From contig BFEA01000016.1 in the NCBI GenBank assembly GCA_003427395.1, forward strand, positions 552,867-616,866: a DNA stretch of 64,000 bases. Reading direction: 5' to 3'. Each line of letters opens with the position of its first letter. The first letter of the stretch is position 1. Source of the stretch: Chara braunii (Eukaryota > Plantae > Charophyceae). The translations under genes were made by a program, and so were the position numbers. This document shows, piece by piece, positions 49,595 through 63,297 of this stretch. A model generated the notes under the pieces. The model did no database searches. It worked only from the letters and a program-made list of their open reading frames with translations, and was not told the origin of the DNA.

Positions 49595-52500
49595 CTCGCT
49601 GAAGTGGTTATGTTGCCTTCCCCACTTCAGGCGTTGGCCAAGGTTAGTGACCTATACATCGCCCCGCAGACACATTCAGAACCACCGACGCTTTGTTCGA
49701 GAGATGTGTCTGAGCCCTAGAGGAGTTAGAGACTGAGTGGTCAGGCAAGGACCCCAGGGACTCTTGGGCGATGATCAGTAGAGGTCCAAGGGGTGAACAT
49801 TTCGTGGTAGAGGTTGATGTAGGTGGCCGTAAGGTTGGCGCCTTCGCAGACATAGGCTCTACACGAAACTTCATCAGTCGTGCTTGTGTGGATAAACTGC
49901 GCTTAGGGGACCAAGTGCAGCGGCTTAGCAGAACTGTAGCTTCTACGCTAGCCAACAAGCACCAAATGGTAGTCAAGGATTATGTCAAGGATGTAGTCTG
50001 CACCTTCTCCTATGGAGGAGGGGAAGTGAGCCACAAGATCTCCTTCCTGATTAGCGACGAACTGCCCTTTGATATGCTATTAGGCATGTACTACCTCGAG
50101 GTTTTTCAACCTCAGTTTGATTGGGATAGAAAGGTGTTGATACACAAGCTTCCAAACGGTAGGACCGTTAGGCTGCAAAAGTATAAAGCTAACAGTCTAG
50201 TGGAAAACTACGGTTGCATGTGTGCCTCCTCTTTCTATAACCACCATAAACAAAATCACGAGGAGGGCATGTACTTAGTTTTTGTCTCTGAGAAAGGGGA
50301 GGCCGTTAAATCACCCCCAGAGATAGAATCAGTCGTCGCTCAATATTCAGACTTTTTTTAGGAGCCCACAGACGTGGTAGAAAGTGAGATTGTACATGCA
50401 ATAGAGGTTATCCCAGGTAGTAAGGTGCCTAAGGCTGGCGGCGGAGCTCACAGAGAAGGGATGGATTCGGCCTAGTACCTCCCCTTACGGCGCTCCAGTA
50501 CTATTCGTACCTAAGAAGGGAGGTACCCCGAGAATGTGCATTGACTATAGGGATCTCAATGCCATCATTGTTAAGAACCCAGAGCCCCTACTCCACATCG
50601 ACGACCTATTGGACAGAGTGCAGGGATGCCGGTACTTTACTAAGATAGATCGAAAGTCCGGATACCATAAAATTGCTATTAGACTTGAGGATCAACACAA
50701 AACCGCATTTCAGACCAGGTATGGTCTGTACGAGTTTGTGGTGATGCCCTTTGGTGTATGTAATGCCCCTGGTATGTTCCAGCACGCAATGAATATGATT
50801 TTTCATGATTACTTAGATAAGTTTATCGTTGTGTACCTCGACGATATCCTCATCTTTAGTAAGACGACAGAGGAGCACGCTGAGCACCTGAATACAGTGC
50901 TAGGTATCCTAGAACAGCACCTGTACAAGATTAACTTCGAGAAATGCGTGTTTGGTCGCACCAAGATTTTGTACCTGGGTCACGAGATTTCAGCAGATGG
51001 GTTGAGGCCGGAAGATGCAAAGGTGGCCAGCATACGTGACTGGCCTAGACCTCAGATTGTTACTGAGGTCAGATCGTTCTTGGGAATGACAGGCTATTAT
51101 CGTCCTTTCGTCAAAAACTATAGTACGGTAGCCTCCCCATTAATAGATCTAACTCGACTGGACACCCCTTGGGACTGGACTGAAGAGTGCGAAGCAAGCT
51201 TCAAGAAATTGAAGTATGCTCTAACACACTATGAAGTTCTCAAGCTTCCAGATTCTGACAAGCCGTTTGTTGTGACCACAGACGCCAGCCAATATGGCAT
51301 AGGCGTGGTCCTTGCGCAACAGGAGGGGCCAAAGTTGAGACCGGTCGAGTACATGAGTAAAAAGATGCCTTCTCAAAAGTTAACTAAGTCCACATATGAG
51401 AGGGAGTTCTACGCCCTGTACAGAGCATTAGTTCATTGGAGACACTACCTCCTAGGAAGATTCTTTTTTGTGAGGTATGACCATGAGACTTTGCGCTGGA
51501 TTAAGACACAGCCTGGAATATCTGACGCACTCAAAAGATGGATTCAAGTGATAGACATGTATGACTATTAACTTGATCCTATCAAGGGTACGTATAACAA
51601 AGTGGCTGATGCACTATCACAAAGGGAAGATTATTTGGGCGCGCTAGTCACTGAGTTCGGCATATCTGACGAACTCACTCGATCGCTGGTGGAAGCCTAT
51701 CAGGGAGATCCAGTTATGTCAGAGATCATCTGTAGATTCCAAGCAAAGGACAAAAAGACTTTGGACAAATTTACGATGGTAGATGACTTGTTGTTTCTCG
51801 AGAAGGCAGGGAATAAAAGACTATGTGTTGCTAATAGTGAGTCTTTGCGTAGTTTATTTTTAGGAGAATGTCATGATGCAACTGGTCATTTTGGCTATAG
51901 GAAGACATCAGTGAACTTAGTGCAGAGGTTCTGGTGGCCTTCTGTGATGGAAGATGCGAAACGCTATGTTGAAACCTGCTAGGTTTGTCAAAGGGACAAA
52001 CCAAGGACTCAGGCTCCGCTTGGGCTGATCAAGCCCTTGCCGATCCCTGAAGGACCAGGCCAAAGTGTGTCCATGAATTTCATGGATACCCTGGCGACCA
52101 GCAGGTCTGGAAAAAGACACATTTTTGTTATAGTGGATCGCTTTACTAAGTATGCAAGACTAATCGCTATGCCTGAAACTGTTAAAACTGACTTTGTCAT
52201 CAAACTCTTCATGGACAACTGGGTACGGGATTTTGGTCTACCTACGTCTATTGTTAGTGATAGGATGTAAGATTCACGAGCGAACAGTGGCAGTCTACTG
52301 CTGAACAAATGGGTACAAAACTCCAAATGACTTCAGGGAATCATCCTGAGTCAAATGGTCAAGCAGAACAGATGAACCGAGTAGTATAGCACCTGCTTAG
52401 GCACTATATCAAGCCAAGTCAGGACGACTGGGATGAGAAACTACCTCTCGTTGCCAGCCTGTACAAAAACGTTGTGCATAGTACTACAGGCATGACTCCC

Positions 52501-53184
52501 AACCAACTGCATCTCGGTTGGAAGCCGCGAACCGCCCTTGACTTTCTGCTACCAGAAAGAGAACCCATTGCAGCACCCGGCAGCATAGAGTTTGTTGTCA
52601 AGTATGAACAGATGCTACAGCAGGCCGTTGAACATATCAGGAAATCTCAGGAAACAATGATTGCATATGAGAATAAGCATAGACGACCTTCTAACTTTCA
52701 GGTAGGCGAGAGAGTCTGGGTTAAGTCCGTTGAGCTTGGTCAAGAGTTACGCATATCCCGCAAGCTAATGCCACAGTACTTTGGGTCCTGGGAGATCTTA
52801 GACATTGTAGGAGATCAACCAGACGATCCTTCATATGTAATCCGCATCCCACCTCACTTACGTACCTACCCTGTGTTCCATGCCTCCAAGTTAGCACCTT
52901 TTGCTGCCACTGAGCAGTTTCCCTCCAGAAGATCAATGTTGCCCCCAACCATGGATGGCGAAGTGGACGTGGACCAGATCATTGAGCATCGAGTGATGCC
53001 TGTTCCTCGACCATCAGGCAGAGGGCGCCCTCCTAAACCGAGAATGCAGTATCGTGTGAGCTTCAGACATCATCTGGATCCTAAGGAGGATCGCTGGTTC
53101 ACACGAGAAGAACTCATGAGAACAACACCTCGAGTGATCTCAGGCTACGAAAGAGCACTCAAGGGGAAGATGCCTGCAGAATAA
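49560..53184 (+). pseudogene. pol: Pol polyprotein (protease, RT, RNase H, integrase, chromodomain), disrupted
   Basis: FADIGSTRNFIS; MPFG..NAP, YLDD; TTDASQYGIG; HDATGHFG..C..C; IVDRFTK, SIVSDR; C-terminal chromodomain. Several stops and frameshifts. Confidence 0.95.
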
Positions 53185-53204
53185 GAGACTTCTCAGAGGA
53201 CTCA

Positions 53205-53224
53205 GGAAGCAAGGGAGGAGGGAA
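53205..53224 (+). promoter_or_regulatory. Polypurine tract
   Basis: GGAAGCAAGGGAGGAGGGAA immediately before TGCGAGG. Confidence 0.8.
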
Positions 53225-53845
53225 TGCGAGGATCAGGGTCCTCGGTAGGCCTACGGGGCCCTGTTTGAAGCATTGCCCGCCCTAAGTGAAGGCGGAGGTG
53301 TCCGCCCTAAGTGAAGGCGGGCCTGACATATCGCAAGAGGCCCTCGACTGTCAATTTCATATTTGGGGTCCAGGCAGTTGCGAAGCGCCAGTTGGTTGAG
53401 CGAAACTCAGGCCCGACAACAAAGACATTTCCACAGCCTTCCGGGCTTTTCCAAAGAATGCAGACCCTGGGCGTGATTCGCAGCCTCATATAAAGACAGT
53501 TGGGCGCCCAACCGAACGAGGCCCAACAACTCAGTAGCTATTGTACATAGGCTGCCTCATGGGGCCTTCCGGAAGCTTCTGGGCCTAGACCAGTGCAGCC
53601 AGGCTGCACGAGCAGGGCAGCTCTTTCCATAAAGGAACGAGCTCACCCCTGGCAGCCTCATTCAGGCACTCACATGCTAGCAGCAGTGCTGCTGGAGCAA
53701 GAGCTCGCGGTTGCTGGCTGGCGCTGAGAGGCGAGGTGCAGCACGTGCGGTCGTGCAGGGAAGAAGGGTGCTGCTGAGGGCAGCGCCATAGCCCAGCCAT
53801 CATAGCTGGTGGGCTTGGTCTACAGTGAGGCGCAGGGGTGGTCCT

Positions 53846-54640
53846 NNNNNNNNNNNNNNNNNNNNNNNNNNNNNNNNNNNNNNNNNNNNNNNNNNNNNNN
53901 NNNNNNNNNNNNNNNNNNNNNNNNNNNNNNNNNNNNNNNNNNNNNNNNNNNNNNNNNNNNNNNNNNNNNNNNNNNNNNNNNNNNNNNNNNNNNNNNNNNN
54001 NNNNNNNNNNNNNNNNNNNNNNNNNNNNNNNNNNNNNNNNNNNNNNNNNNNNNNNNNNNNNNNNNNNNNNNNNNNNNNNNNNNNNNNNNNNNNNNNNNNN
54101 NNNNNNNNNNNNNNNNNNNNNNNNNNNNNNNNNNNNNNNNNNNNNNNNNNNNNNNNNNNNNNNNNNNNNNNNNNNNNNNNNNNNNNNNNNNNNNNNNNNN
54201 NNNNNNNNNNNNNNNNNNNNNNNNNNNNNNNNNNNNNNNNNNNNNNNNNNNNNNNNNNNNNNNNNNNNNNNNNNNNNNNNNNNNNNNNNNNNNNNNNNNN
54301 NNNNNNNNNNNNNNNNNNNNNNNNNNNNNNNNNNNNNNNNNNNNNNNNNNNNNNNNNNNNNNNNNNNNNNNNNNNNNNNNNNNNNNNNNNNNNNNNNNNN
54401 NNNNNNNNNNNNNNNNNNNNNNNNNNNNNNNNNNNNNNNNNNNNNNNNNNNNNNNNNNNNNNNNNNNNNNNNNNNNNNNNNNNNNNNNNNNNNNNNNNNN
54501 NNNNNNNNNNNNNNNNNNNNNNNNNNNNNNNNNNNNNNNNNNNNNNNNNNNNNNNNNNNNNNNNNNNNNNNNNNNNNNNNNNNNNNNNNNNNNNNNNNNN
54601 NNNNNNNNNNNNNNNNNNNNNNNNNNNNNNNNNNNNNNNN
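53846..54640. other. Assembly gap (further gaps at ~59805-59829 and 62678-63244)
   Basis: N runs. Confidence 0.99.
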
Positions 54641-56933
54641 AAAAAAACGGAAAAAAAAAAAAAATCGCAAAAAAAAACGAAAAAGAAAACCCAAAAAAAA
54701 GGGGTCACGTGCCTGCTGAACTGCTAAAAAAGGCCAACAGCATTTGAAACTCGGGCCCTGACTAAACCTGCTAAATCACAGTTTGAAATCCAATTACAAA
54801 CTGCTTTCGTGACTGCACCGTAATTTTCTCTTTTTATTAATTGTAGGACATACTGTATACGTATATATGTTATGAGGGACACTGTTGAAACTTCAAAATT
54901 AACTACCGAATCTACCTAGGTTTTTTTATTTCTGCATTGCCTGTAGACAGTAGTCAATAGCATGGCTTATGCTCGGCACGTGGATGCATGTACAACAGCA
55001 CCGGTGAAACTAGATTGTTCATGTAACACAGCACCGGTGAAACTAGATTGTTCTTCTTGGGTATGCACAATCAACGATATGCCCAATTAGCTACCGAACG
55101 GTGTAAGGTAGAAACAAGGTACCTTATACTAGGTGATTAGCTATTTCAACAAGGTTTATACGTAGGGCGACAAAACGGTCGTCGACAGGTAGGAGGACTT
55201 TTAGAAGTGGTACTGCAAGGGTTCCTCTCGTGTTCCGGCATCTGCTTGATGGTCGGGAACAGGAATTGGGACAGACGTTTGTTATGACTACATCACAAAG
55301 TTCTCAGTCTGCAGTTTTGGGTGCTCGCAGGTTTGCTGTTAGCAGTTTGGCTGTGCTCTAGTTCGTCTCTAGCCGGAAGTGTTCGCTGTGGTGTTAGCAT
55401 CCCTGTGGTAACCATTCATAGATGCAGATTGGAGGACGAGCTTTAGATTAGTCGCTGGAGGATAAAGAGGAGAGAAAAAAACAAGTACGCCCCAAATCTA
55501 TGGGCAGGAGAACTATAGAAACTCGAAACGTGGGCGGTAGCAAAGCGTTTATTAGAGATATGTAAGGCGGTGTATATGGTCGTAATCTGCCTTGGCAACC
55601 ACAAGGGGTCCATTAAGTCCCGGCTGGAACAGTTTCCTGTTAGGACACGAGTCCCAACCAACTTTTTTTTTTTTTTTTTTTTTTTGGGACAAAAAACTCC
55701 AATCTATTCGTGGGGAGCAACACGTGCTGGGAACCGGGCCCAGTGTCCCATATAGAATTATACAAAAGATTTGAAATACCAGGGTCATTACCTGGCTTCG
55801 GCTAAGAGCAATCTGAGAACTATGAAAAGGTTCTAGAAAACATGGAAAAACATGGATAACCGCTAACCTATTGCTAGGCTACTCAAGCAGCACTTACTAA
55901 GTCAAAACGGAAAACCGGAGAAGCCCTTTGAATGCTCAGAACCCCTGGAATCTTCAGCGAGGCGGTGAATTAGGCGTGCAGCGGTGAAAGTCGCCAGCTA
56001 AACATTCTAAAATTTTCTAACACTGTCTTATTCCCAGCCGAGCTTTCCCAGGCCTCATGCCCCCATCCTGCTAGGTTACAGGGCAACACAACTCACCCCA
56101 GCTCCGGCCAGCGTCGTACCGACAGCGACCCTTGGTTTTCCCTTGGAATGCCCGGCCCAGGCATCCCCAGATCTCTCTACCAGGCCTCACGCTCCTGCTG
56201 TCAACAGGTTATAGGGCAGCCCCCCTGCTCCGGCCAGCATCGTTCTGGCATCGAAAAATCGCAGGTCCATGAATATAACAGCATTACAAACCTAAAATGA
56301 TTTGCGAGAGGTACCCAGAATCCTAACGCATTCTCAAGACCTCATGAGATAGCCTAAAACTTCAGAGTCTGAAAAAGTCTTGGAAAATTATGTGAGCGGG
56401 GGGTCAAAACTGAAACTGCCTACCATCCAAAAACTCTTCCCCTCAACAGATGGAACGTCCGTCCAGGTTTTCAGTCCTCGTACCAGAACTCACTTGGTCT
56501 CATACCCCCTTCTGCTAGGGTAACAGGGCACCACAACCTTCCCCAGTACTGACCAACCTAGTTCTGACAAACAGGAAGTGCCTTCCTCCCTCGACACTTC
56601 CCGTCTGTAGCGGACCTCTGGTTGGCCTGTGAGACCAGCCCCTTGGCCTGTTCTCACAGGCCTGTCTTGTATTCGGGGCAGTCCAGTCCAGGCCGGTACC
56701 TCTGTCGGTACCAGCCAGTCCAGTCCAGTCCCGTCAGTCCGCTGGGGTATACCCCAGCTGTTGTCTGTTTTCGGATTCATTCTGCATTCGCACAGTTTGG
56801 AGTACGTGTGTTGGAGTCTGGCGTGGGAGCTGCGCTGCGCTGTGCCATCTCGCTCCCCTTCTTCCTCCATCTCCATCTCTGTCCCAGGCGGAGCACCACA
56901 CCTGGTGGGTCCGCCACATCGTCCCGACCTTAA

Positions 56934-57094
56934 ACCAACAGTACCTTTCCCAGCTATTTTTTTCAGAGGCGCACCGGGTAACGCGCTGGCCTGCAGCGGA
57001 AGGGCGGCCGCCGATAAATCGAATCGGCAGCCTCTCTCGATTTCGGGCCGGCGTGCAGTGGCCGCAGCCGACATATGGGAAAGGTACTGGTGGT
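56934..57094. mobile_element. 161-bp TTAA-flanked MITE
   Basis: TIR ACCAACAGTACCTTTCCC / GGGAAAGGTACTGGTGGT with TTAA on both sides. Confidence 0.8.
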
Positions 57095-60000
57095 TTAAAT
57101 AGCGGCCAGAGTTGCAGAGCACTTGTCTTGAGTTCCAGTGATGGCCCAATCCAGGCCCAGCACCGCCGTTGGGTGCGACAGGCCCTTTGCCGCTCCCGTA
57201 TTCCTCCAGATACATTATCGAAAGGGAGATTGATGCCACCGAATTGTTTTTACAGGGTTCCGCAGTTGTATGGTAGAACGGAGTAGGCCTTGGGAGAGAA
57301 CAAGGGGCTTGGTCAAGAACCATGACCTTGGAGGGGTGTTGTACTTATCACTGGTTCTCTCGAGGCCTTCCCAAGAACTGTTAGGAATTTGCTGGCCAGT
57401 GAGGTCAACACAACCAAATACGACAAAACAAAATAATCTCGCATCCTCAGTAGCAAAGTGCAGCACACAGAGGTAAAGTGAGGGACGCCAAATGTGGGCA
57501 TAGGGAATGGTAGTGGAAGCGAGAAGACGCCGCCGGCCCAAGCCCGAACGAAATCCCTTTTTCCACTGCCTGCCTGTGCATCAATGTTGATAGCAACCAG
57601 GATGAAATGACAGAATGGCACCCTTCGGACCTGGTAGACACAAAGCATGGGAAGGGTTGTGGTCAACCAACCCAGTTGCGAGCGAGAGGGGTAACCATCG
57701 CTCGACAGGCTAAGGAAGCTGGTTCGGAAGAGCAAGCAAAGCGTCAGGGACGTGGGAAAGGAGTCCAAGTCCAGCAAGGAAGCACATGCCTAAAATTGTT
57801 TGCCGAAAGGTTTAACGTATGTTTGTGCTGAACCTGAATTTCACTGCGCCCCGAGATTTGCCGAGCCTGGGTCCCATCGTTATTTCTTTTCTGGTACTCA
57901 CGGCAGTGACATCTGAAAAAGAACCAAGAAAATAAAATAAAGAAGAACAAAAAAAACAGAAAGAAACTTCCCTAAGGCCGTGATAGCCATCGGATACATT
58001 CTCTGAGGTGCTGTTGGGACTGTGTCCTCAGTGACGACATGCATCCCATGGAAAACAAATGAAGAGGGGCAAAAAAAAAAAAAGCCTAATACTGTCATTA
58101 TGGCCGATACAGGACGCTACCGTACTGGTGCCCCTCGTCTCGTGGAATCCGCCCTCCCTCACAGGCAGGACACAAACAGGACCAGATTTAAAAAAAAAAA
58201 AAAAAAAAAAAAAGGCCAGATACATACCTCAAAGCACTGGTTTTACTTCCACCCCCGTGAGGGCCTTCCACGGACGAAATCAAATGAAAAGCAAGAAAAC
58301 AAAAGAAATCCCCTTATGCTGTGATCGGGGTCCAATACAGGACACTACAGTGACAGTGTGAGTAAGACGTGAGCGAGGCAGTTCCTCGCGTGGAATCCGC
58401 CCTGCCTCCTCGGCACGGCAGGAGAAGGAAACCAGAACGACATACACAAAACTGACACGTTGCACATTCACATTCCACACATGATGGCCAGATACATTCG
58501 TCAAGGCACTCACATTCCACACATGATGACCAGATACATTCGCCAAGGCACTGGTGTCACTTCCACCATGAGAGGGCCTTTCCTGATGTCGCAGGATTCG
58601 AAGCTCTCAGTTCTTCTTTTTTTTTTCCCTTTCTCTCATGGGGCCCCACAGGGTCCCAATCTTTTCTTTTTCTTTTGCTTCCTGCCAACCCTACACCGCC
58701 CCCCCAAACTTTGCGGTTGAGGTCATTTTCCCCAAGAGCCAGCAGAGATACCAGACCAGCCAGTAGAGACTTTAGCCACCACTATAGACGTAGGTGAGTG
58801 TATGGAGCGAGCGTGGTGGGAGCCGGTCACATTAAGTAATACTGTCCCAAGAGCCAGCAGAGATACTGGACCAGCAAGTACAGACTTTAGCCACCTCTAT
58901 AGAGCTTGCAGAGATAAGAAGAGAGTCAGTTTTAGCTAGACTGACAGAATCTCCCTCGCCCTCTTAAGGCATCGGCCATGGCTATTGGCTCTTCAGCTGT
59001 ACCCCTCAGTAGTGACATGACTGAATCCTTAAGAGGAGTTGGAAGTAGATGCTTCACAGTAAAATCTGACAGAATCTTGGGTAGCTTCAGAGACTGGACT
59101 ACTGTGGGCCAGGGGATCCCGCCGCGACCACCCACCCAATTTCCCGACCGCTTCCCACCCCACCAGCTGGCAATGGAGGATATGCAACGGTACGGAGCAG
59201 ACTGAACGGGTGATACAGGGCAGGTACAGAGCAGACTGGTATTCCAGAGGAAACAGGAAGTAGCCGCTAGGGTAATACGAGTGATCTGGTGGTCTGGTGC
59301 AGACTGAAGAGGCGGTCCTTTGTTTGTCCATCGTAATTAGCACCAAACCTGCGCAGTTAAAAAATGATTTCTCTTATTTCTCTTATGTTGGAGAGTTATC
59401 CTCAGGCCCAGTTCTCAGCATAGGTAGACCAAACCAGCAGGTAGTATAGCTAGTGCATTTAGCATAGGTAGAGCCTGTTGGAAGGCGGGGCAGGGAGCAG
59501 ACAGGGAGCACTGGTGTCCCCCAGAGGCCCTGGCTGGGCCCTGCCCTTGGGCCTCAGTTCTAGGAATACAGGACAGACAGTGATGAGACGCTGAACCAGT
59601 ACCTGTGTTCTCCCGCAACTTATCTCATGGTTTTCTTAAAAGGGACGCTGGACCTGGTTTCCAGCAGGTGATGCTCCCCACCAATAGATGGAGCGGCCCG
59701 CTGACAAAGCCTCAATCCCGGTGGTTCTCTTAACACCACTGGGATAGAGGCCTTGCACCACAAGGGCCTTCGGGGAAAAAAAAAAAAAAAAAAAAAAAAA
59801 AAAANNNNNNNNNNNNNNNNNNNNNNNNNAAAAAAAAAAAAAAAAGAGGAAGAAGAAGAAGAAGAAGAAGAAGAAATGGCCCATGGGAAGACTTGATTGT
59901 GGTAAAAGTGTCTCTAGGTGGGCTCAAGGAAGGTGCGCTCGCAAACTAGGTGGACATGCAGTTACATTATAGCAGGCTTTGTGCAAAGAGTGTGCATCAG

Positions 60001-60719
60001 CGGACCGGCTGCAACAGGTAAGTAGATTTGTAGTATCTACGTCAGCAAATAACAAGACCAGCACTGAAGTAACACAGTGCATGAAGGAAGCCGTCAGTAC
60101 CTTCTCCTGTGGAAGAGGAGAGATCAGACACGAGTTGTCTTTTCTCATTCGCAGGGGTGATTTGCTGTTCTGCATAATCATGGGTACACACTGTCGAGGG
60201 GGGTAGACAAACACCTCAGCTAGAGTGGTGCTTAAAAAGCCTGCTCTTCACCATTCCAAAGCAGGCAGGATTGTACAAGCAGGTAATACACTGTGTACAT
60301 GAGGGTAATTTCGAATGTCCTGATTTCATGAACGAAACAAATGGATGGAGGTGTGTTCCTATTGTTTGCCTCCCAAGAAACATGCCTGTGAAACACCAAG
60401 GGAAATAGACCATGTCATGGAGTTCTGTATTTCGGAAGATCGCTGAATAAGTGCGCTTGGATAAGCGCAGCAGAGGCCGGCTGGGCCTCTGGTGTGTCGA
60501 CGACAGAAGTGCTGGAGCCGACTGAGTCCCACTCTTGATGGGTCCCCCATGCACACAAGAAGGAAGGAATCATGAATGCTATGGATGTGCATTGGTGATA
60601 GGGGTGTAAATGCCATCAGTGCTTGTATTGCTGAGCCCCTATCTGGCACAACGATCTCTAAAACAGAACGCGGGATGCAAGTGCTAAAACAAGACAGATC
60701 TGAAGTCTGGGTTTGTCAT

Positions 60720-60822
60720 GGATCAGCTCAAGCTGAATTCCAGACCTGATGGTCTGTACGAGTTTCTGGGGATGCCATTTGGGCTCTGCAATGTGCCTGG
60801 TACATTCCACCACACCATGATG
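60720..60822 (+). pseudogene. Small Ty3/Gypsy RT fragment
   Basis: GLYEFLGMPFGLCNVPGTFHHTM resembles GLYEFVVMPFGVCNAPGMFQHAM at ~50720. Confidence 0.7.
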
Positions 60823-61059
60823 TGTGTGGAAATCTTCTTCTTCTTCGTTGTTTTCTTCTTTCTCCTTCTTTTTTGGAAAAAGGTTGACGGCCTTGAGATA
60901 TCATCATTGAGCTGACCGGCCCTAGGCAATTCAGAAGTACACATTGTTGTGTTAATTTTGACTTCATCTGGTTTCGTACTTGGGTCTGTGTTTCAACAGT
61001 TCGCTGGGTGGACCAACTGAGCTAGGCCCGTCGGTGCTTCTTTGTTTTTCTTTTGCATA

Positions 61060-62419
61060 TCCGGCCTTGGGACGGAATAGATGGGCTCCCTAAGGAATTC
61101 CGGGAGACCATGTGGAGTACTTTAGCGCAGGACCTAATGAACTACTATCACGCAGTATGGATCACGGGTCACATGGGGGAATTGGTGGGACAAGGTGTCT
61201 TGACCTTGCTGTGTAAGAAAGGGGATCAAATGAGCATAAGAAACTATAGGCTGATCACCCTCTTAACTGTGGTGTATAACTAGTGGCAAAGGCACTGGCA
61301 AACCTCCTGGGGGAGGGTATGAGAGACATTATCCACCCGGCGCAGTCTAAAGGCACTCTAATGAAGCCTCTGCTGCGGATTTTCCGCAGCAGAGGCTTCA
61401 TTAGAGGGCGGAAAATCCAGGACAACATTCTATTGGTTAATGAGGTCATCAAATTATCAAGGCAATTATCTTTGTAGATTTTGAAAAGGCATATGACCAT
61501 GTCGATTAAACTCTGGACAAATTCCTCGAGAGGATGAATTTTGGTCCAACCTTTAGAAGGTGGGTCAAAATCTTGCATCAAAACGCCACAACAACGACCG
61601 TCGAAGTAAACGGTAGACTGGCCCCTGATATACACTTAGAACGGTCGGTCAGGCAAGAAGACCCTATCGGCCCTTTTCTCTTCGTCATTATTATGGAGGC
61701 CCTAGCAGCAAACTTAAGGGTCCATAAGGACCTTCAACAGATAAGGTTGTCTTCTATCCCAGAGGACGCCATCCCGGTTGCTCTCTTTTTGCAGATGATC
61801 TTACCATAATGATAGATGCGTCTCATGGAAATATGTTGGAAATCCAAAAGCTGATGGACCGTTTTTGTTCCCTCTCATATATGACAGTAAATTGGGGGAA
61901 CAAGACACAAGGGTGGTGGGTACACCCCAAGTATTAGATGGATGCTCACAGAAGCCCCGATTAAAATCTTGGGAGTTCAGATGACAGCAGAGGGGAAACC
62001 ACCCTTGAATGATGAATGACTCACACAACCAGTCCTAGGGAAACCGACCTAGTGGAAAGATCGATAAACTTCCTTAAGCCACCAGTACCTACCGGTGTTC
62101 AAGGCCCGTCCCCGCAACTACCGGTAGGCGTAGCCTGCGGCTACCACGCCGAGCCTGCGACTACCGGTAGATGAGTGACAAGGCCTTTTACAGTCTTTTT
62201 ATTGGAATGAAATGAGAATAAATAATAAAAAAAAAAACAATGAAAACTTCATACATGAAAAGAAAAAAAACAACGGAAAAAGGAAGTCTGACACTGCATT
62301 GTTCCCCGAGAGAGAGAGAGAGAGAGAGAGATGTGCAAATAGAGAATGCATCTTTCCTCCTTGTCGGGGAAGATTCGTTCTCAATTTCCACGTTTGTCCA
62401 AGGGCCCGCGCCTTGGAAA

Positions 62420-62472
<53 letters not shown>

Positions 62473-62505
62473 GCGCGTTCGACGCGGCCAGCCGTGCAAT
62501 GCGCC

Positions 62506-62574
<69 letters not shown>

Positions 62575-63244
62575 CACAGCCGGGCAGTCCAAAGAAGAAA
62601 ATAAAAACACGAATGAATCATGCCGCCTTGTGGCGAAAGATTCATTCCCATTCTTCACAGTGGTAACGCGATCGATGNNNNNNNNNNNNNNNNNNNNNNN
62701 NNNNNNNNNNNNNNNNNNNNNNNNNNNNNNNNNNNNNNNNNNNNNNNNNNNNNNNNNNNNNNNNNNNNNNNNNNNNNNNNNNNNNNNNNNNNNNNNNNNN
62801 NNNNNNNNNNNNNNNNNNNNNNNNNNNNNNNNNNNNNNNNNNNNNNNNNNNNNNNNNNNNNNNNNNNNNNNNNNNNNNNNNNNNNNNNNNNNNNNNNNNN
62901 NNNNNNNNNNNNNNNNNNNNNNNNNNNNNNNNNNNNNNNNNNNNNNNNNNNNNNNNNNNNNNNNNNNNNNNNNNNNNNNNNNNNNNNNNNNNNNNNNNNN
63001 NNNNNNNNNNNNNNNNNNNNNNNNNNNNNNNNNNNNNNNNNNNNNNNNNNNNNNNNNNNNNNNNNNNNNNNNNNNNNNNNNNNNNNNNNNNNNNNNNNNN
63101 NNNNNNNNNNNNNNNNNNNNNNNNNNNNNNNNNNNNNNNNNNNNNNNNNNNNNNNNNNNNNNNNNNNNNNNNNNNNNNNNNNNNNNNNNNNNNNNNNNNN
63201 NNNNNNNNNNNNNNNNNNNNNNNNNNNNNNNNNNNNNNNNNNNN

Positions 63245-63297
<53 letters not shown>

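Larger units (their letters stand above)
47560..53845 (+). mobile_element. Ty3/Gypsy chromovirus (5' LTR truncated, ends 47642; 3' LTR starts 53225 and runs into the gap)
   Basis: gag-PR-RT-RH-INT-chromodomain order; LTR termini TGCGAGG/CCTCGCA; PPT present. Confidence 0.93.

Noticed and set aside
53585-54747. Long ORFs across N runs (also 62188-63405)
   Set aside because: Artefacts of assembly gaps and microsatellites.
56490-57323. 277-aa ORF
   Set aside because: It runs through a MITE and GC-rich repeats with no recognisable domain; probably spurious.
58930-60660. Possible host-gene exons on the minus strand
   Set aside because: Some translations look protein-like, but I cannot recognise a family or a consistent exon structure; BLASTX would decide.
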